A stretch of DNA of 63,097 nucleotides, filler included, from Octopus bimaculoides (taxonomy: Eukaryota), in the NCBI RefSeq assembly GCF_001194135.2. It is 3 parts of 3 records of this genome, joined end to end, with 100 filler letters (N's around TTAATTAATTAA, not from the genome) between each part and the next. Parts side by side here need not be neighbours in the genome. Positions count along the whole stretch, not along the records: positions 1 to 21,254 come from NC_068994.1; positions 21,355 to 36,114 come from NC_068995.1; 1 more part is not named here. One strand, given 5' to 3'. Under the pieces are notes generated by a model. It did not search any database. It saw nothing but the letters and a program-made list of their open reading frames with translations, and was not told the origin of the DNA. Position numbers and translations under genes: made by a program. Of the stretch, positions 12,625-22,994 are shown piece by piece; the first letter of the stretch is position 1, and every line of letters starts with the position of its first letter.

Positions 12625-12775
12625 ATACTTGACTGGTACTTAGTTTATCAACCCCAAAAGGATGAAAGGCAAAAATCGACCTCAGCGGAATTTTAACTCA
12701 GAACGTAAAAATGGACGAAATATTACAAAGCATTTTGTCCAGGGTGCTATTGATTTTGTCAGTTCACCTCTTTAA
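12625..12775 (-). mobile_element. SINE family A, partial and diverged
   Basis: GACTGGTACTTAGTTTATC...GGATGAAAGGCAAAAATCGACCTCAGCGGAATTTTAACTCAGAACG matches family A in reverse. Confidence 0.8.
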
Positions 12776-12791
12776 TGATGATAACAATCTC

Positions 12792-12972
12792 TTCTGCTAT
12801 AAACACAAGGCCTGAGATGTTTTTAGGAGAGGCGGCTAGTTGATTGCATCGATTTTCGATAGGATGAAACGCAAAGTCAACCTTGGTGGAATTTGAACTC
12901 AGAACGTAAAGGCGGACGAAATGCTGCTAAGCACTTTGGTCAGCGTGCTAACGATTTTGCTAGCACACTGTC

Positions 12973-12974
<2 letters not shown>
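12792..12974 (-). mobile_element. SINE family A, internally deleted
   Basis: Tail motif CACAAGGCC, body GGAATTTGAACTCAGAACG and head GTGCTAACGATT are present in reverse orientation. Confidence 0.8.
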
Positions 12975-13057
<83 letters not shown>

Positions 13058-13074
13058 TAATAATAATAATAATG

Positions 13075-13145
<71 letters not shown>
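12975..13145. repeat. (AAT)n microsatellite
   Basis: About 171 bp with two ATG interruptions. Confidence 0.95.
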
Positions 13146-13146
<1 letters not shown>

Positions 13147-13640
13147 GGGTAGCGAAAATGCTAGTTTGGAAACTACGCGAAAAGTGGGGTCTAGAGAGAG
13201 GCAAGACATAGTATGAGCACAAACAGCAGAGAGTAACGGAATCGGAGACCTGAAAAATCCTGGGGGATTTCCCAATCGAAACTGGTCAGGTGCTAGAGCA
13301 TAACAAACCGGATCTAGTGGTAGTGGACAAGGTGCATCACATGTGCTATATAATTGATGATTCGTGCTCCTTTGACCGTTGAACAGTCAAGATGGAAGGC
13401 AAAAAGAAAAAAATAGATATATACAATCCTCTTAAGTACGAAACAGCCCGAAAACGAAGAAGGTAAAGATAGCGCTAATTATTGTTGGGTTTTTGAGGAC
13501 AGTATCAGAAGGTACCAAGAGGAATATAATGGAAATCGGAATAGAGTGCCCAGTTACAAAAGAATAATCAGGAAAGTATTAGATAGTTGAAAAGAACATT
13601 GCCATGGTACCGTAGGCTGCAGGTAGCGAGCCCCCTATGC
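13146..13640 (+). mobile_element. R4/Dong-clade LINE 3' fragment, subfamily 1 (RLE domain plus short 3' UTR)
   Basis: Translation gives RVAKMLVWKLREKWGLERGKT*YEHK...KILGDFPIETGQVLEHNKPDLVVVDK...IIDDSCSFD and ends RIIRKVLDS*. Confidence 0.8.
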
Positions 13641-13643
13641 ATG

Positions 13644-13990
13644 CAAGACAACGTTTCCCTAAAAGAAATGGAGAAACTTTCAAAATACAAAGACCTGGAA
13701 ATAGAGGTAACTCGAATGTGGAGTCTAAAAACAGAAACAATTTCTATCATACTGGGCGCATTAGGTATGATAAAAAAATATTCAAGCAAATACATAACAA
13801 AAACACCAGGACTAACAAATATATATAACATACAGAAAATTGCATTACTGGGCACTGCACACATCCTACGCAAAACACTTTCAATACAGTAACCATAAGA
13901 GCATCACAGCAAACCACAGCACATACCCAAGGCACACAGAGCTGCGCTCGATAGTGAAGTGAAAGCACGTTATAAAAATAAGACTACTGA
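13644..13990 (+). mobile_element. R4/Dong-clade LINE 3' fragment, subfamily 2, ending in an (AAT)n tail
   Basis: Translation gives DNVSLKEMEKLSKYKDLEIEVTRMWSLKTETISIILGALGMIKK...IQKIALLGTAHILRKTLSIQ*, followed by the 3' UTR and ATAATAATAA. Confidence 0.85.
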
Positions 13991-14128
13991 ATAATAATAA
14001 TGATTATGATGATGATGGACACTCGCGTCGACGTATGAGAGTTCAGTTTTGCCGAACAACAAGGAATTGAACCCTTCACCATCTTGCGATACTACTACTA
14101 CTACTACTAATAATAATAATAATAATAA

Positions 14129-14342
14129 TCCTTTCTACTATAGGCACAAGGCCTGCAATTTGGGTGAGTGGGATAGTCAATTTCATCGACCCCAGTGTTT
14201 CGCAGGTACTTAATTTATCGACGCTGAAACGATGAAAGGTAAAGTCGACCTCGGCGTAATTTGAACTCAGAACATGAAAACAGACGAAATGCCGTTAAGC
14301 ATTTCGCCCAGCGTGCTAACGATTCTGCCAACTCGTCGCCTT
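14129..14342 (-). mobile_element. SINE family A, near full length
   Basis: Reverse complement starts AAGGCGACGAGTTGGCAGAATCGTTAGCACG, has a B-box-like GAGTTCAAATT, and ends GGCCTTGTGCCTATAGTAGAAAG followed by (ATT)n. Confidence 0.9.
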
Positions 14343-14369
14343 AAACAGGTGAAATAATAATAATATTTA

Positions 14370-14945
14370 CCAGCTGCCAAATGAAATCAAGCTAGCAGCT
14401 GATTGACGAAAGTGAAAGTAGTGACTTAAACTCAAGTGTCAGCGTACTTAATTTTATTGATGCAGGCGTAGCTGTGTTGTAAGAAGCTTGCTTCCCAACC
14501 TTATGGTTCCGGGTTCAGTCCCACTGGGGGGAACCTTGGACAAGTGCTTTCTATTATAACCTCGGGCCGACCAAAGCTTTGTAAGTGGATTTGGTAGACG
14601 GAAACTGAAGCCCGTCATATATATGTGCGTGTGTGTGTGTGTGTCTTTATGTCTGTGTTTGTCCCCCAGAGCTGCTTGACAACTGGTGTGAGTTTACGTC
14701 CCCGTAACTTAGCGGTCCGGTAAGAGAGGCTGACAGAATCAGTACCAAATTTAAGAAATACAAGCACGGGGGTCGATTCAATCGACTAAATATTCTTGAA
14801 GGTGGTGCCCCACCATGGCTGAAACAAGTAAAAGACAGAAGACTACATGGATGAAAGACAAAGTTGATCTTGGCAAGATTTGAACTCAGAATGTAAAAGA
14901 TGCGAGCCTTTTGCGTCTCAGGCTCTTAGGATTCTGCCAAACATG
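14370..14945 (-). mobile_element. Old SINE family A copy split by a family B insertion (pieces ~14370-14462 and ~14845-14945)
   Basis: The left piece ends GTACTTAATTTTATTGA and the right piece resumes GGATGAAAGACAAAGTTGATCT. These are contiguous in intact family A copies. Confidence 0.55.
14463..14840 (+). mobile_element. tRNA-derived SINE, family B, full length
   Basis: A-box-like TAGCTGTGTTG and B-box-like GGTTCAGTCC, then CCTTGGACAAGTG, an internal (TG)n, and the tail GGTGGTGCCCCACCATGGCTGAAACAAGTAAAAGA. Confidence 0.85.
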
Positions 14946-15017
14946 CCATTTTATTTTTCCAGTTTTTCAGTCAATACTGTTTGATTCTAATTAAATATAT
15001 TTTAATGAATACACAGA

Positions 15018-15155
15018 TGCATGTCTGTGTAGTTAATAAGTTCACATTGCAACATGATTTTGGGTTCATTCCCACTGCACAGTACCTTGGGCAAGTGTTT
15101 TCTACTATAGCACCGGTTACCGGTTCGACAAGTACCTTGTGAATGTGGAAACTAT
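15018..15155 (+). mobile_element. SINE family B 5' fragment
   Basis: GGGTTCATTCCCACTGCACAGTACCTTGGGCAAGTGTTTTCTACTATAGC matches the family B head. Confidence 0.7.
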
Positions 15156-15198
15156 GGTGGAAACTATGTGGAAGCATGTCGTATATATATATATATAT

Positions 15199-18100
15199 GA
15201 TGAACTCTCCCGTCGATTTCGACGTATGAGGCTCCGTCAACGTACTCTTACTTTCTCAGTCATAATGCTTATGTCGAATGTGACATTTAAAATCCGCCAA
15301 CGATTTGCAAAGAAGGCCACAAATGTTGCAAGTTTGAAGAGGTTTATTTTCAGTTGCTTTTCGCCTTTGCCTTGCACCCTGAAATTTGTTAATTCTGGTT
15401 GCAACAAAGTCTTTTAATACCATTTTGAGAACGATCTCCATTTTGTTCATACCAAGGCTGTTCGCTCAAAGGTTTTGTGAGCTATCTTCAACACTAATAG
15501 GTTACTTTTCAGCTTGTCCTTATATCTGAGCCATGATCGACCAACATTCCTGTCGCCACTCTCAGGCTGGTTGTACATGAGGACTTTGGGTATTCTTTCG
15601 TCACTCATTCTGACGACATGGCTAGCTCAGCGCAATTGTCATTGTATAAGGGAAGCTCTCAATTCCACCAATCTTACACTTGCTAAACAAGTCGGCATAA
15701 GAAACTTTGTCTTTTAGTGAATAACCGCAGATTGTCCTCAGACAGTCTTTGTAGATGTCTAGTTGGTTAATGTGTCGTCTATAGGGTATCCACGATTCTG
15801 AGCCATACAAGAGAGTAGTAAGAACGGCTGTTTTATAGACCCGTACATTGGTATAAAGTTTGTTCCATAGTGTTTGCCATTTAACAGTGTCGAAGGTCTT
15901 AGTAAGTTCAACGAATATCAAGAACAACTCTTGATTTTTCTTACGTACATTCTCCATGACTTGTCGAAAGGAAAAGAACATGTCGATAGTGCCACGACCA
16001 GAGCGAAATCCGCACTGTGATTCTGAACAGATATCATGTACAACGTGTTTGATGATCTTGTCAAGAATAAGTCAAGCAAGAATCTTACCAGCAATAGACA
16101 AAAGCGATATTCCACAATGATTATCACAGATACTTCTGTTTCCTTTGTTATAGATGTTAAATTGAGGCATCCTAGAAGTCCTGTGGTACACAGCCTACCT
16201 TCCAAATATTTATGAAGAGGTCATGCAGTTTCTTAAAAGGCTTCTGTCCACCGTGTTTGTAAATTTCAGGAGGGATAACATTACTTCCAGGTGTTTTACC
16301 AGAAGAGATCTGTTTAATAGAATTTACCAATTCCAGGAAAGTTGGCTCCAGAGACAGTTCCAGTATTAAAGTGTGCTGTGGAACAGACATTATGACGTCG
16401 TCATTAGTGACTGAGATGGAGTTCAACACGGCTTCAAAGTGATCTTTCCATCGTTTCAATATGTCAGATTTGTCAGTACGCAGTGTCTCTCTATTAGATG
16501 AAAAAATAGGAGTGACACCGTGCTCTTGAGGACCAAACACTTTCTTGAGGCCATCATAAAAGGTTTTAGAATCCTTTCTGTCTGCAGCTTCTTGGAGTTC
16601 AGAAGCCTTGAAAAATCACCAAGTCTCCTTCATCTGTCTCAGAGCATGTTGGATCTGGCCTCTGCATTCTCTTTTCTGGATGAGCTATTATCATTTATCC
16701 AAGTTTTGTCAGCGCTGTGCATTTTTTCTATCCACTGTTGGATATCTGTATTGTTATCATTGACCCAATCTTGATGTTTACGAACAGGAAGACCAAGAAC
16801 AGCTACAGATGCAGAGTGCGTTGCATCACGCCGAGCCTTCCAAGATAATTCCATGCCATGATTGATATCAACAGTGTTGAGTGCAGTGTCCAACTTGATA
16901 GAGAGCTCAGCCTACTTTTCAACAGTTTTCAAAGGCAGACTATTAATGCGCTTAGGCACTGATGTCTTTTGTAGTCTTGTGTGTTTCAGATGAAACGTAG
17001 CTTTACTACGGAGAAGAGAATGTTCAGAGAGATAGCATGTATTATGAAAGGAATGTGTAATGTTAAAGTCCTTAATATTTCTTTTCTTAGTAATAACATA
17101 GTCTATAAGATGCCAATCCGTAGATTTAGGATGCATCCAGGTTGCCTTACAACTTAGCTGTTGAAAAAACGTATTTGTGATGCTTAGACTGAATTCCCTG
17201 CAGACGGAGAGCACATGCAGACTGCTGGAGTTCATTCGACCTATACTATGGCGACCAAGTACACTCTCTCATGCCTGATAGTCAGTACCAACACGAGCAT
17301 TAAAGTCGCCCGTAAGGATAAGTTTATCCCTATGGTAACTACTGGAGATGACATCACGGAGTTGGTTGTAAAATTCATCCTTTTCCTGCTCAATGCTGAC
17401 CCTGGTTGGCATGATGCGATCAGAAATACCTTTGGGTAGAGAAAGAAGGGATCTAGCTATTTCTGTTTTGATGGCAAAATCAACACCAGAGTGGCACGGC
17501 TCATTTTCATTTCTTCTACACCAGAAAAATATGTATCCACCTTTACTGTCTTCTAACTGTGATGATCCTGCAAGACGAATTTCACTGAGTACAGCTATGT
17601 CAATGTTGTATTTCTTTAGTTCAAGGGCTATAAGTGCTGTTTTTCGTTCTGGTGCTGAGTGACTGCTTTGGAGAATGCGCACATTCCAGGAGCCATGGTT
17701 AATATTCTTAGATTTCTTCGTATTTCGACTGCGTTACTGAATAACCAGACAGCTGCAGCGGACTGACAAGTTTAAGGTTTGTAAGCAATGTTTGGGGCTC
17801 CTTTCCTCACCCCTCGCCTGTTGGGGAAAGTAATGCTGTGTCTAAATAGAACTGCTTTGTCACCACTGGAGGACACGGACAGCACAGTTACTCACAAGTT
17901 CTGTGCTGGAACAGCCATCACCCAATGGTCGCCGACTGTAGGGATCCAGCAAGAGACTTCCAGTAATATACTTTACTTGTCCCTGCTGCTATCACTCTCT
18001 CGCCAGAAGACTTTTGGATTTTTTCAAGTTGAAGTTATGCCGTATTGAATGAATAAATATAAGTTGTCAGAAAACCCACACATATGATTTGATTTGAGTG

Positions 18101-18646
18101 TTGAAAGCTTGTGTAGAACCAGCCATACTTTTTGGAAGTGATGATAGCAAGAATATGGTGCACATATGTGCCACAATACCAAGAACAACACACTTCAGGC
18201 TTTTTCTTCAGAGGTTTCCATCTCCTAGACGAGCCGCTATAAACAAGCTGGAGAGCTTTGTCTGCCTTATGAGTCAGAGTTTGCTGATAGTACAGTCTTG
18301 TTAAGGAGACCCTCAGCAACCAAAGACCTGGTTTTATATCAGAGTTTCCCTCTCTTAGATGGGGTGCCTTCACCACTGTTATGGAACCCCACCTGCCCCC
18401 TAATATATGGAATTAAATACATCAGGAAAAACAGTGATACAGATATGTATATAGATGGTTGGCCGTTGACTATTCATAAGTTCCTCCGCCCTTTATGACA
18501 GGTTTATTTTTCGTCCTGCAGGGTGTCCAACTATCACCCTCCTCACCAAGCAAACCTGGTGAGGTTGCCAATTTAGTCGCCGACGACCCGTCTATGTAAC
18601 AGGTTGTACTGGGTTACATGTTACCAGTAGCGAACAAGCGCGATTA
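15199..18646 (-). mobile_element. RTE-clade LINE retaining both ends, with the RT core deleted (pseudogenised ORF: APE, linker, RT start, thumb, C-terminal zinc finger)
   Basis: APE motifs GSWNVRIL, ELKKYNIDIAVLSEIR, LTGDFNARVG and TWMHPKSTDWHLIDYVI. RT motifs GKTPGSNVIPPEIYK and FVELTKTFDTV are joined directly to VYKTAVLTTLLYGSESW. The C-terminus has CNICGLLCKSLADFKCHIRH. There is a ~950-bp 5' UTR. Confidence 0.92.
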
Positions 18647-18758
18647 ATATATATATATATATATATANNNNNNNNNNNNNNNNNNNNNNNNNNNNNNNNN
18701 NNNNNNNNNNNNNNNNNNNNNNNNNNNNNNNNNNNNNNNNNNNNNNNNNNNNNNNNNN

Positions 18759-19007
18759 AAAGTCAATTAGACGTACGCGGTGAATGTGTTAGATTGATTC
18801 TCAGTGAAAGTTTTAGACGGAGGAATAGGTGGGGAAGTGACGTTTCGAGCATGGCTCTTCGTCGGAGAGGAAATGTCTAAAGAAAAGGAAATGGAGGAAG
18901 GAGCAAATAGTCCGGAGAAAGCACCCGTGTCGTTACATGGCTGAAAATAACTGACCAGAAAAGATTAGAGAATGTGGTTTTTGAAGGCAGAGGAGTGCAA
19001 AAATGGA

Positions 19008-19045
<38 letters not shown>

Positions 19046-20930
19046 CGGATACTCTGTGAGTGTGGATGATACTCTGTGAGTGTGGAGTGTATATGTGTAT
19101 ATATGTTTCTGTGTGTGTGTGTGCGTGGGTGTGGGTGGCAAGCAGCGTGTTTGTATATTAGGGAGGGCTGCGTAGGTTGTACATATGTACACGTGTCCGT
19201 GTGTGTTTGTGTTTATATGAATGTTTGTATGAGAGTGAATCTAAGATTAGCATTGGAGATTTAGCAGTAGACGGACGTGGTGTTGAGGTTAGGTGATGTG
19301 TGTGAGAGTGTGTCGCTGTGTGTGTACGTGTACTTATATATGTGCGTATGAGTGTGTGAGTACGTGTGTACAGGTGTGTGTTTGTATGTATTTGCGTATG
19401 GAGACATTTATGTATGCGCTATATGTAAGCGCTCACGTGTGTATGTTTTGTGGGGGGGTATAAGTTATGTATGTGGGTGTGAGGAAAATAAATGGAGAGA
19501 GAAAAGGAGGAAACAACGGAGGAAAGAAGAATGAACGGAAAAAGTCGGAAGCTGTTACACGAAGGAACTGGGTGTTAAGTCCAAACAGTGTATGAATTCG
19601 TAGTGTGAAAATATAGCGTTGCTCCTGGCAAAGTCTGGTGGTGGTGGTTCCATGGTGTAAGACCAGACCGAAGACAGTGACGTGTTCGGAGGAGTAGTTG
19701 GTCAACCAGAAGTGACGGGCGACGGGGGTATGTTCTATAAATCTGTCAGCTAGACGGCGGCCAGACTGTCCCACATATCATGATCCGCAAAGTGTACATT
19801 CGAGGCAATAGATGATGTCAAAGATAAAGGAGAAGGAGTCACAGATGTGAATAATGTCTTGCCTGGTTACAGTGAGGGAGGTGGTGTTGGTGATGAACAG
19901 ACAGGTATGGCACAGGGGGCTGGAGCAAGGGGAAGGTTCAGGTTTGCTGGGAGTGGAGGAGAGAGAGGTCAGAACTACAGACCACTAGATTGCAGAGGTT
20001 TCGGGCGCGTTTGTAGGAGGGAAGAGGTAGGTTGGGGAAAATAGGGAAGGTGGTGGGATCGGATAGGAGAAGTCGGAAGGCCCGTAGGATTTTCCAATGA
20101 AGGAGTAGAGTAGGGGGTGGAAATGGAGGGGAGACGGTTGGGAGATGGGTGTGGGGAAGGAGAGAGGGTTGAAATGCAATCAACGTGACGTGCATAGGTA
20201 AGAGCGGCATGGACAAGGGCAGAGGGGTCTGCGACGGGTGAATAGACGGGTCAAGTATTGAGACTGAGTCTCAAAATCCTGGTCACGGCTGCACAGACTT
20301 CGGAGACAGGGGAATTAGGAATAGGAGATTGCCCTTTAATGTGGGAGGAGGAAAATTGAGGTAGAAGTGGGTATCAGTAGGTCTGAAGAAGGTGGAAGTG
20401 ATGAGAGAGTGATAGAGGGGATCTATAGAAAGAGAGATGTCCAAAGGGTTGACAGAGGTGATCTCAAGAGAGGGGTGAAAGACCAGCTGTATAGCTTTGG
20501 GGTTGGTCCAGTGAACTGAGAGGAGATTTGGGCCTAACAAATAAGCTGGGGAAGATGAGGCTCATTCTCGTTCTCATGACGATCCCAGACAACTGATGAT
20601 AAACTTCACCTGCAAACGTGAAGCAGCTGGGGGTGAGAACGAGTCCAGAGAGGTGAAAAAGTGTAGATACGCTGGATTTGAACACGGTACCATGGTTGCG
20701 AAGGTACTGGAGGGCCAGGAGGTCATCATTGTGGGCGAAGACAGTGTAGAAGGATTTGATGGTCACGTTACAGAGGAGGTGGGAGAGGCTCTGTAGAAAG
20801 GAAAAGGAATTCAAAAGGTGAAGGGCGTGATTGGTATCTTGGATGTGGAATGGGAGGTAAGTGACTGGGGGGAAGGTAGGGTGACGGCCAGGTATTTTGA
20901 AATGAGTAGGCACCTCGAGTAAAATCATTA
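18759..20930 (-). mobile_element. Penelope-like element remnant: RT, GIY-YIG endonuclease, microsatellite-rich 3' region and terminal repeat
   Basis: RT pieces LPFHIQDTNHALHLLNSF, KSFYTVFAHND, FTFAGEVYHQLSGIVMRTRM and FRPTDTHFYLNF. GIY-YIG piece GQSGRRLADRFIEH..PVARHF...QEQRYIFTL...GLNTQF. The catalytic YIDD region is not visible. Confidence 0.88.
18839..18865 (-). ncRNA. Degenerate minimal hammerhead-like motif in the Penelope terminal repeat
   Basis: CCGACGA-A-GAGC-CAT-GCTC-GAAAC-GTC. Stem II is a perfect 4 bp and stem III is ACGU type, but the core carries U4C and stem I pairing is not evident. Confidence 0.35.
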
Positions 20931-21213
20931 TCTATACGACATACTTAACATATATGTATTATTAAAAAGCCAGATGCCGCAGTTTTTATCCAGGACAAAA
21001 TTACTTTATAGACATATTTTGTTAAAAAAATATATAATGAAATTGCCCCAAAAGTGACCACGAGAGTGACAGATGCACATTTCACTGCTTTTGATATTTT
21101 TCAATGAGTCACTTACAAAATGAGGTTGAATCAGCTTGTCTAAAATATAAACATATACTGGCTTGCTACGATGCAGCTACAATTCGTAGTAATCCTTATT
21201 ATTTATATTGTCA

Positions 21214-21254
<41 letters not shown>

Positions 21255-21354
21255 NNNNNNNNNNNNNNNNNNNNNNNNNNNNNNNNNNNNNNNNNNNNTT
21301 AATTAATTAANNNNNNNNNNNNNNNNNNNNNNNNNNNNNNNNNNNNNNNNNNNN
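21255..21354. other. Assembly gap marker: 44 N + TTAATTAATTAA + 44 N
   Basis: The total is exactly 100 bp and the 12-mer encodes stops in all six frames. An identical structure lies at 36115-36214. Confidence 0.9.
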
Positions 21355-22994
21355 TATACATACACGTGTATATAACATCGTTGTTAATTAGCTGGTTGGG
21401 TAATTACCTTAAAATCTAGTAATAAGTAAGTGATTTTATCGGGGCTGAGAAAGTAGATATGCGTTAAAACACTATTAATGCAACCGCGAAAACTGGCGCA
21501 ATTTTTCAGTAATCGAGACCACACACTACAAAATAACAGTGTTTGGGAATCACATTTCGTCGACTATCATTGTTTTGGAGAATATGCAATACTCAAAGTC
21601 GATCAACTTTAAGAGATCAACTTGACTAGTTTTCAGTAAACCTTAGACAAAGGACAAGTGTTATAATGTACGACTTTAAGAGGATAATCAAAGAGGATTT
21701 AAGAAGACAACCGTTTGGAAGACTCTCTGCTACACATCAGTTTATTCATCTTGATTATTTACGAAGAAATAAAACAATAAAAGAGTAACAAAATCTTTCA
21801 AAGAAGATCCATGCAAAATGGAATCAAGAATCAAAACATATCAAGCGAAAGACAAGCAACTGCTTCACAAACCGAACGCATAAATAAATTTTAATTCGAA
21901 ACTTCCTACGTGTAGATAAGTGCATTGCCAAAAGGTCGAATTTCACCGCCATTCTTAGTAAACATGAAAAAGAAATAAGTGTAAGTGTTCATATTTTACA
22001 GCAGTTCCATTTGTTTACGTAAAGTTTAGAAGAATTCATAGCACTTACCAGTACATATGGTAAATTACTTGATAAAACAAGTACGGCGGTATCAATTTAC
22101 AATTTTGGTAATGAATGGTTAGCTAAAAGCACATACAATGTTGCAACAGTTCTAATAATTTTCTACATGGCAGAGAATAGCCATTAAGAAATCGAACTCA
22201 GCATACAAACAGCACCGAAATCCAAACCAACAGCTGTATACAATTATGAGTATGCAGTAACAACTTTATAAAAACTTGAATGGAAAATAAAGGATCCTTT
22301 GTACACAAGGATCCTTTCTGAGGACATAAAACTTTCAGCAACATACGGCACCCAGTACTACATTTAATTTAGGTTTGGGTTTATTTCCTTCTTCTTTAAT
22401 ATTAAATTTATGTACATGAGATATAAGTTTCATCTTATTATTATACAGTTACTCCATGCTGTTTCTCAAGATAATAAAAAGGAGGAATATATAATAAAGG
22501 CGACATAGATATCTATTTGCTATCCTATGATTAATGTAAATGCAAAGTCATATCTCGGAAATATTAGTCTTTGAAAACATATTGAAAACATATCCTTCCT
22601 TAAGCAATAGTATCAACAAAGGCAACAATGTCCTTTCTTCTGTTATTCTATTTGAGGTGCAACGTGTCTTCTAACTTCCGGTCAGCTTCTTGTAAACTGA
22701 TAACTAAATATTTTTGCATTGCATCCGATCGATTTTTCAAATTATTACTTAAGTGCAGTTCATTCAAGTGGTCACAACAGATACTGAATGGTGCCTTTAT
22801 GCTGGTTAATGTGTAGCCATCACTATGGTCTTGGCATATTTAAGTATTCCAAGAATATCGTACAATATGTTACAAATATTTAGACATACATTCATAGGTA
22901 TATAGCTTTATGCATATTATCAAAAGAATATAATTACATTTATCTATCCAGTCTACTGACTGAAATAAGTAACAAATATAAGATAAAAGATATA

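Noticed and set aside
12899-13275. Poly-Asn, poly-Tyr, poly-Leu and poly-Ile ORFs (also near 46.1, 51.3, 52.8, 54.0 and 62.9 kb)
   Set aside because: They are translations of trinucleotide microsatellites.
21299-21310. TTAATTAATTAA island repeated at 36159-36170
   Set aside because: This is an artificial six-frame stop linker centred in 100-bp gaps. Adjacency across these joins should be treated with caution.
21990-22360. Possible decayed Penelope N-terminal coding sequence
   Set aside because: There are too many stops and only vague similarity.
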